Source of the DNA: an uncultured Planctomycetota bacterium
GTDB taxonomy: Bacteria > Planctomycetota > SKW154
Assembly: GCA_964412125.1 (NCBI GenBank)
Contig: CAYPNR010000005.1
Coordinates: forward strand, 1-49,458
Direction of reading: 5' to 3'
Length of the DNA stretch: 49,458 nt
Positions 43,378-49,458 of this stretch are shown here, one piece after another; the stretch's first letter is position 1, and every line of letters begins with the position of its first letter. The notes under the pieces were generated by a model that saw only the letters and a list, made by a program, of their open reading frames with translations, searched no databases and was not told the DNA's origin. A program made the translations under genes and the position numbers.

Positions 43378-45348
43378 TCACACCTCCAACTGGCGACGCA
43401 TCTCCATGTCGTAGAGCACGCGCTCCTTCTTCTTGTCTATGCCCAGTTCGCGACGCTTGGAGGCGATGTGCTCGATCATCATTCCGGCCATCTCCTGCGG
43501 AGTTTCGGCGACCGCCCACCTGGCGCCGAGGTCCGCTTCTATGCCGCCGAAGAGATAGTCGGCGAACTCGGGCGCGCCGTTCACCGGCAGGCCGATGCCG
43601 AAGACGGTGTAGACGCCGCTGGCGACGAAGTAGTGGCCTATCGAGATGGCCTTCTCGCTCATCCACTCCGGCGCGGCGCCGGCCAGCGGCAACTGCGAGA
43701 TGTCCTCGCCCAGGAAAACGTCCCTGTCGGCGACGCCTTCCTTCACCACGCCGCTCGCCGCTATCAGCAGGCGGCTGTTGTCGACGCAGGAGCCGCAGTG
43801 GAGCACCGGCGGGATGCCGACGGCGCGACACACCTCCGCCAGTCCTTCGCCGGCGTACTTCTCGGCCGACTCCGGCCGCATCATGTCCGCCATGCCGCAG
43901 GCCATCGCGGAGCAGCCGGTCTGGAGCACCAGAACGTTGTTCTTCACCAACTCCTTCACCACCTCGGTGTGGAACTGGTCGTGCAGCGTCTTGACGTTGT
44001 TGCATCCGACCACGCCGGCGACGCCGAGAACGCGACCGCCGACGATGTTGTCGTTCAGCGGACGATAACCGGTGCGGAACGAGCCGCCGAGCATGTGCAC
44101 GACCGACTCGTGTGTGAATCCCGCGACGAGGTCCTGGACGTCGTTCGGGATGTTGGTCCGACCGTGACGGTTGGGGAAGTTTTCGACGGCGGCGCGGACT
44201 ATCTCACGAGCGGTTTCCAGCGGCCGCTCCTCGTCGAACTCCATGTGCGTGGCGCCGGGGATCCTGCCCTTGGGACTGGTGGTTATCAGTTTGGTGTGGA
44301 AGCAGTTGGTGACCTGCTGCAGGCCCTGCATGATGCACTGGACGTCCACGATCATCGCCTCGACGGCGCCGGTGGCGATGGCGGCTTCCTGGAAGAGGAA
44401 GTTTCCGGCGACGGGAATGCCGTGACGCATCAGAATCTCGTTGGCGGTGCAGCACATGCCCGCGAGATTGATGCCGGCGGCGCCCTTGTCCTTGGCCAGT
44501 TTTATCATGTCCGCCTCGTTGGCCGCCACCACTATCATCTCCGACAGCACCGGCTCGTGGCCGTGCACCACGATGTTGACGTGGTCCTCCTTCAGGACTC
44601 CGAGATTTATCTTCGAGCGCATGTGCCAGGGCTGACCGAAGAGGATGTCCTGGAGTTCGGTGGCGATCATGGAGCCGCCCCATCCGTCGCCGAGCGCGCA
44701 ACGGGTGCCCTGCAGCATCAGGCTCTTGTAGTGCTGGTCCACGCCTATGTGCGTTCTGTGCATGATCTCCACGATTTCGCGGTCGACGCCGCGCGGAGTC
44801 GCGCCGAATTTCTTCCAGACCTCCTGTCGGGCCTTCGGCGCGCGCTCGGTGAAGCGGATGTGGCCGTGCTGCTGGCCGAACTCGTCGAAGCAGACCTCGC
44901 CCACCTCCACCGCGACCTCCTGGAGGCTTTTGCCTTCGGTTTCGACGCCGAGATATCCGGCGACGTCCATGAGTTTCTGCGTGTCCTTGATCTGATAGCC
45001 TTTGATATTGCCCTTGGCGGTTTCCAAAAACACGTGAGCCACGTCGCGGCCGTGATCGGAGTGCGCGGCCGCGCCTCCGGCTATCATTCTGACGAAGTTA
45101 CGCGCCGCTATCGTGTTGGCGTCCGCGCCGCAGACGCCGCGATCCGCCTTCTTCGTTATGCGGCACGGCCCCATGAAGCATATCCGGCAGCAGATGCCGT
45201 CCGAGCCGAACTTGCAGCGGGGCGACTGTTTCTTGTGGCGCACCCAGCAGTGGTCTATCCCCTGCTCGTTCATGGAGTCCACAAGGCCCTGCAGCCCCGG
45301 CTCGATGGTCACCTTCTTCTGACCCTTCTCGGGTTTTTCCTCTGCCAT
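43378..45348 (-). CDS. cooS: Anaerobic Ni-Fe carbon monoxide dehydrogenase catalytic subunit
   Basis: The ORF contains CKFGSDGICCRICFMGPCRI...HGHEP...GMCCTANE...GCNN...CGSCVDN. I prefer ATG 45348 (GGAGGAGAGGAG upstream) over ATG 45390, which overlaps cooC. Confidence 0.92.
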   Translation of the reverse strand: MAEEKPEKGQKKVTIEPGLQGLVDSMNEQGIDHCWVRHKKQSPRCKFGSDGICCRICFMGPCRITKKADRGVCGADANTIAARNFVRMIAGGAAAHSDHGRDVAHVFLETAKGNIKGYQIKDTQKLMDVAGYLGVETEGKSLQEVAVEVGEVCFDEFGQQHGHIRFTERAPKARQEVWKKFGATPRGVDREIVEIMHRTHIGVDQHYKSLMLQGTRCALGDGWGGSMIATELQDILFGQPWHMRSKINLGVLKEDHVNIVVHGHEPVLSEMIVVAANEADMIKLAKDKGAAGINLAGMCCTANEILMRHGIPVAGNFLFQEAAIATGAVEAMIVDVQCIMQGLQQVTNCFHTKLITTSPKGRIPGATHMEFDEERPLETAREIVRAAVENFPNRHGRTNIPNDVQDLVAGFTHESVVHMLGGSFRTGYRPLNDNIVGGRVLGVAGVVGCNNVKTLHDQFHTEVVKELVKNNVLVLQTGCSAMACGMADMMRPESAEKYAGEGLAEVCRAVGIPPVLHCGSCVDNSRLLIAASGVVKEGVADRDVFLGEDISQLPLAGAAPEWMSEKAISIGHYFVASGVYTVFGIGLPVNGAPEFADYLFGGIEADLGARWAVAETPQEMAGMMIEHIASKRRELGIDKKKERVLYDMEMRRQLEV

Positions 45349-45382
45349 CTCCTCTCCTCCAATCCTGCTGCAGACGTTTTTT

Positions 45383-46162
45383 CTATTCATTGCCGCCGGC
45401 GGGGCGCTCCCGCGTCCGGTCCGTCCGACCGAGACGCGTGAGAATCTCCTCCGCCGACGCCGACAACTCTTCGGTGACCCGATACTCCCGCTCCAGCGCG
45501 GGAATGTACGGCACGCTGCCGACCAGGTCGACGCCGGACGGCAGTCGACTGCGGACGTAGTCCAACTGCTCCGGTCCGCGCACCTTCGTCGCCACGCATC
45601 CCGTTCTCTTCATCTTCAGGTCGTCCGCCAGGCGTTTGATCCGCGCGACCGTCGCCATCGCCGCGGGAGTCGGCTCCGCCGCCACCAGCAGCCAGTCCAC
45701 GCCCGTCACCGTCGCCCGCCCGAGCGGCTCCACGCCCGCCTCCAGGTCGAGCACCAGCGCTTCCTTGCGCGAGAGCACCATGTGGTTCAGCAGCGTGCGC
45801 AGGAAAACGTTTTCCGGACACGCGCAGCCGCCGCCGCCGCTCCGGACCGCTCCCAGCACCATCAGCCGCACGCCGTCGGCCTCCCTGTAGTACCGCTCCG
45901 GAATGTCGCCGACCTGCGGATTCATGCGGAACATCACGCCCCATCCGCCGCTTCCGGCCTCGGTCCGCTCGCGGATGAGGTCGCGCATCTCGGCCAGCGG
46001 CGCCAGGTCCGTCTCGTCCACGCCCAGAGCGAGTCCGAGATTGGCGTCCGGGTCCGCGTCGAGGGCGTAAACGACGCGTCCGGACGCGGCCAAGGCCTTC
46101 GCCAGAGCCGCGCTGGTCAGTGTCTTGCCGACGCCGCCTTTGCCGCTCACGCAGAGTTTCAA
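45383..46162 (-). CDS. cooC: CODH nickel-insertion accessory ATPase
   Basis: From TTG 46162 the protein begins KLCVSGKGGVGKT. The metal-binding motif GGGCACPE is present and the fold is MinD/ParA-like. The ORF-track TTG at 46219 has no SD sequence. Confidence 0.85.
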   Translation of the reverse strand: MKLCVSGKGGVGKTLTSAALAKALAASGRVVYALDADPDANLGLALGVDETDLAPLAEMRDLIRERTEAGSGGWGVMFRMNPQVGDIPERYYREADGVRLMVLGAVRSGGGGCACPENVFLRTLLNHMVLSRKEALVLDLEAGVEPLGRATVTGVDWLLVAAEPTPAAMATVARIKRLADDLKMKRTGCVATKVRGPEQLDYVRSRLPSGVDLVGSVPYIPALEREYRVTEELSASAEEILTRLGRTDRTRERPAGGNE

Positions 46163-46231
46163 GCGTCCCGCCTCATCCGCGTCACATTGAGATTTTGCAC
46201 GAGCGAAGCGCGTTTTCAAGTTATTAAGGGA

Positions 46232-46987
46232 TCAAAACGCGTCTCGCCTCCGTCGTCGTCGGAGGCGGCCCGCAAGACGCAGCAGAAGGAGTCGCGCGAC
46301 CGCGACGAAGAAGCGAAGCGTGTCGGGCAGCGGACGAATGTGGCTGGCCGGGTTCGGACGATAGACGCAGCGGACCGGCGCGGCGGCCAGGCGCAGCCGG
46401 GCGAGCCGCGCGAGAACGACCAGTTCGGAGTCGAAAGCGAAGCGGCGCGCCCGCAGCGGAAGTTCCGCCACGGCCGGGACGCGCACGGCCTTGAGACCGC
46501 ACTGGGTGTCGGCCAGCCGCAGACCGAAAAGCATGCCGAGCAGGGCGCTCATGGCGCGATTGGTGAGCCTGCGCAGAAACGGCATCCGCGAGGCGAAACG
46601 CATGCGATCGCCGACCACCACGTCCAGGCCGCCTTCTTCGAGGATTCCGACGAGGCGCGCGGCGTCGGCCGGATGATGCTGAAGGTCGGCGTCGAGCAGG
46701 ACCGCCGGCCGGACGCCTTTTGAGGCGAGATAGGAGAGGCCGAGGCGGCACGCGGCGCCTTTGCCGCGGTTCCGCTCCGTTCGAAGAACGGCGGCGCCGG
46801 CGAGACGCGCTTCCTCCGCGGTCTCGTCTGCGGAGCCGTCGTCCACGACGAGGACCGACAGCCCTTCTCCGCGGAGCGCGGAGACGAGTCGGGAGACGGT
46901 GCGGGAAGCGTTGTAGGCCGGCACCAGCGCCCACGCTTCAGCGCGGCCGGGCGTCCGGGACGATGGAGCGGCCGTTTCGGCGCACAT
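46232..46987 (-). CDS. GT2-family glycosyltransferase
   Basis: ATG 46987 follows GGAGGT. The ORF contains LVPAYNAS...VVDDGSADET...LDADLQH...DTQCGLK. It overlaps the recJ 3' end by 50 nt. Confidence 0.8.
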   Translation of the reverse strand: MCAETAAPSSRTPGRAEAWALVPAYNASRTVSRLVSALRGEGLSVLVVDDGSADETAEEARLAGAAVLRTERNRGKGAACRLGLSYLASKGVRPAVLLDADLQHHPADAARLVGILEEGGLDVVVGDRMRFASRMPFLRRLTNRAMSALLGMLFGLRLADTQCGLKAVRVPAVAELPLRARRFAFDSELVVLARLARLRLAAAPVRCVYRPNPASHIRPLPDTLRFFVAVARLLLLRLAGRLRRRRRRDAF

Positions 46988-48689
46988 CGTGCACCTCCAG
47001 TTCCACGGTGGCGACCGCGGCCCTGCGCTGGATGCGGGGAGTGTAGGCGATCTCGCAGGTCTGGTCGGAAAGCGACGCAAGCGCCTCCTCCACGTCGGCT
47101 CCGCCCGTCATGACGGCCTTGACCGGCAGCGGTCCTTGACGCGCGAAGAAGAGAAGTTTCTTGCCGCCCCTGCCGTAGCGCCTCGGCGCTCCTTGAATGA
47201 CCACCTCCCTGGTCGCCAGCAACGGCCTGCGATTGCCTTCGCCGAAGGGCTCCAGTCTGTCCAGTTCCTCGACGGCCGTCACGGAAAGGTCGCCGAAGTC
47301 CACTAAAGCGTCGATCTCGATGTTTCTCTCCGGAGCGTCGCGGCCGATGCGCTGATGGGCCACTTCTATGAGGCGACGCCGGAACGCTTCGATGTGCTCG
47401 GTACGGATCTCGAAGCCCGCGGCGAAACTGTGACCGCCGAAGTCGCGGAGAAACTCGCGACACTCCCGGAGCAGTTCGTAAATGTCGCAGCCCTCGATGG
47501 AGCGGGCGGTTCCCTTGCCGGTCTCGCCGTCTGTGACGATGAGCACGACCGGGCGGTTGAGTTCGTTGGTGAGACGACTGGCGACGATGCCCGTGACGCC
47601 GGTGTGCCAGGAGCCGTCGAGGATGAGCAGAGGCTCGTCGAGAGCGTTCTTTTCGAGCATGGCGCGCACCGAGGAGAGGATTTCCGCCTCTATTTTCTGG
47701 CGCATGCGGTTGTCGGCCTCCAGTTGTCTGGCGAGTTCGTACGCCTCGACGGTTTCGGAGGCGCAGAGCAGCCGCAGCGGAACCTCCGCGCGGCCGATGC
47801 GCCCCGCGGCGTTGATACGCGGCGCGAGACGGAAACTTATGTGACGCGCGCCGAGACGGGTCTTGTCGAGACCGGTGGTCTCCAGCAGCGCCCGCAGGCC
47901 CGTGTTGCGCGTCGCCTCCAGCGCGCGAAGACCGAAACGGACCAGCGTCCGGTTCTCGTTCACCAGCGGAACGACGTCCGCGACGGTGCCCATCGCCACC
48001 AGCGCCATGCCGTTCAGGATGTGTCGCTCGAACTCCCCGCCGAGCCGGCGTTCGCGACTCATCCGCTCGCCCAGCGCCCACGCCAGTTTGAAGGCCACGC
48101 CGACCCCGGCCAGTTCCGAAAACGGATAGCCGCAGCCGGACACCTTCGGATTGATGATGGCGTTGGCCGCCGGCAGTCGCTCGCCGGGATTGTGATGGTC
48201 GGTGATTATGACGTCGACGCCGTGCTCCCGCGCCCACGCCACTTCGGCCTCGCTGGTGATGCCGCAGTCCACGGTTATGACCAGGGAGCAGCCGTCCTCC
48301 TGCGCTTTCTTTATCTGTTTGAGTCCGACGCCGTAGCCCTCGGTCAGTCGGTTGGGGATGTATGTGGAGACCTGGACGCCGAGGAAGCGAAGGAAACTGT
48401 AAAGCAGCGCGCAGGAGGTTATTCCGTCCACGTCGTAGTCGCCGTAGATGAGCACCCTTTCGCGATGCGCGACGGCCTGACGGATCCGCTCCACGGCGCG
48501 CTCCATGTCGGCGAAGAGAAACGGATCGTGCAGGCTGTCGAGAGTGGGCGAGAGGAAGTTGCGCGCTTCCTCGGGATCGAGCATACCGCGTGCGGCGAGA
48601 ACGCGGGCGGTGAGATCCGAGACGCCGAGGCGCTGCGCCAGGGCCCGCCAGGCCACCTCCGGCACCGCGTGGAGACGCCAGTGCGCCAC
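46938..48689 (-). CDS. recJ: Single-stranded-DNA-specific exonuclease RecJ
   Basis: DHH motifs IYGDYDVDGITS, VTVDCG and ITDHH are present, as is DHHA1 GGH..AAG. GTG 48689 directly follows the upstream TAA. Confidence 0.92.
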   Translation of the reverse strand: MAHWRLHAVPEVAWRALAQRLGVSDLTARVLAARGMLDPEEARNFLSPTLDSLHDPFLFADMERAVERIRQAVAHRERVLIYGDYDVDGITSCALLYSFLRFLGVQVSTYIPNRLTEGYGVGLKQIKKAQEDGCSLVITVDCGITSEAEVAWAREHGVDVIITDHHNPGERLPAANAIINPKVSGCGYPFSELAGVGVAFKLAWALGERMSRERRLGGEFERHILNGMALVAMGTVADVVPLVNENRTLVRFGLRALEATRNTGLRALLETTGLDKTRLGARHISFRLAPRINAAGRIGRAEVPLRLLCASETVEAYELARQLEADNRMRQKIEAEILSSVRAMLEKNALDEPLLILDGSWHTGVTGIVASRLTNELNRPVVLIVTDGETGKGTARSIEGCDIYELLRECREFLRDFGGHSFAAGFEIRTEHIEAFRRRLIEVAHQRIGRDAPERNIEIDALVDFGDLSVTAVEELDRLEPFGEGNRRPLLATREVVIQGAPRRYGRGGKKLLFFARQGPLPVKAVMTGGADVEEALASLSDQTCEIAYTPRIQRRAAVATVELEVHDVRRNGRSIVPDARPR

Positions 48690-49331
48690 TTATTTGTCCT
48701 CATACGGTTTGCAGAGCCGGGAAGTCAGGAAAGCGCCGCAAACCGCGAGATCCTCCGTTTCGAGATGTTTCGGAGCCGCCGAGTCGAAGAGCACCGCCGC
48801 CTCCGCGCCGAAATCCTCGCACGATGCGTGCAGCACCACCGCCATGGACGCGCGGGGAAAGACGTCGAACGCGCAGGACGCGTCGCCGAAGGCCAGTTTG
48901 CGACCGTCGAGCGCTTCGGCGGCCTCGTAGAGCAGTCGCTCCCGACCGCCGAAGACGGCTGCGAGCCGCCTGGAGGTTCGGGCCGCGAACGCCGGAAAGT
49001 ACGTCTCGCCGCCGCGCAACTGTCGAAAGCCGAGCCACTCGCCCGTCGGCTCGGCGCCGGAGTCGCCGCATAGGTAGTGGAGCAGAAGCACTCTCAGAAA
49101 GGGATAAACTTCACCTCCGGCGGCGTCCAGCACGCGTCGGCCCTTCAGGTCCACGCGGTAGACCTCGGCCAGAAACGGCAGTTCGATCGCGCCGTCGGAA
49201 CGGACCTCCACGCCCTTGCGAGCGGCCAACTCCGCCGCGTCGGCTCCGGAGAGTGCATCCCAGGCCCGTCTCAACGCCTCCTCATAGCCCACCGGTTTCG
49301 GCGAAAGCACCTGAAACTCGGCCTCATCCAT
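48690..49331 (-). CDS. DUF3786-like protein
   Basis: ATG 49331 follows AAGGGAGG and a promoter. LLLHYL...W..F..L.GG..Y..AF and FDSAAPKHLETEDL match my recollection of DUF3786, a family often found near CODH/ACS genes. Confidence 0.6.
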   Translation of the reverse strand: MDEAEFQVLSPKPVGYEEALRRAWDALSGADAAELAARKGVEVRSDGAIELPFLAEVYRVDLKGRRVLDAAGGEVYPFLRVLLLHYLCGDSGAEPTGEWLGFRQLRGGETYFPAFAARTSRRLAAVFGGRERLLYEAAEALDGRKLAFGDASCAFDVFPRASMAVVLHASCEDFGAEAAVLFDSAAPKHLETEDLAVCGAFLTSRLCKPYEDK

Positions 49332-49357
49332 CCTGAGCCTCCCTTCTCTTGATGGAC

Positions 49358-49385
49358 ATGTTAGCGGACGCCGCCGTAGGTGCAA
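49358..49385 (-). promoter_or_regulatory. Sigma70-like promoter: TTGCAC-N16-TAACAT
   Basis: Minus-strand -35 box at 49385-49380 and -10 box at 49363-49358. The predicted transcription start is ~20 nt upstream of ATG 49331, so the ORF-track start at 49385 is not viable. Confidence 0.4.
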
Positions 49386-49458
49386 CGCAAAAACGCCTTT
49401 GCCGCCGATTCGTCCGTCCGCGGCCGTCCGCGGAGCGCCGGGATGTTCCGGAGCGCCG

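Noticed and set aside
42538-45441. 967-aa plus-strand ORF
   Set aside because: It is antisense to queC-like and cooS. It is low-complexity (H/R/G/A/V/L-rich) with no motifs, and the opposite strand encodes unmistakable CooS.
46549-48237. 562-aa minus-strand ORF
   Set aside because: It is an off-frame shadow of recJ and GT2, rich in Arg/Gly/Pro.

Overview
High-GC, densely coding bacterial window. I support about 46 protein-coding genes, mostly in translationally coupled operons with 1-4 nt ATGA/GTGA/TTGA stop-start overlaps and many GTG/TTG starts. I recognised no rRNA, tRNA, CRISPR array, transposase or integrase. The host looks diderm, because LPS and lipid A genes (msbA, split hldE, lpxL-like), a T2SS-like K-C-L-M block and lspA are present. 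It also looks anaerobic, because it carries Ni-CODH cooS/cooC, a RACo-type corrinoid activator, DUF3786 and radical SAM genes. Because of the GC content, nearly every real gene is shadowed by long Arg/Gly/Pro/Ala-rich ORFs in other frames, and I rejected those. Ten intergenic gaps carry sigma70-like promoters, and four of them share the form TTGnnn-N17-TAGAAT. These promoters helped me revise several start codons in the ORF track. Two loci deserve the most attention. (1) 1053-5320 holds 2-phosphoglycerate kinase, cyclic 2,3-diphosphoglycerate synthetase, archaeal-type phosphoglycerate mutase and a CBS protein. This is the methanogen cDPG pathway in a bacterial operon. (2) 38259-43214 holds a consensus promoter and a ~135-nt leader, followed by four coupled genes. 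These are a divergent QueC-like PP-loop protein, a rhomboid-like protein lacking the catalytic Ser/His, an SbcD/YhaO-like phosphoesterase with a degenerate motif III, and an SbcC/YhaN-like ATPase with a transmembrane hairpin at the coiled-coil apex. This could be an undescribed membrane-associated nucleic-acid surveillance or repair system. All family assignments come from motif recognition by eye. No database search was run.
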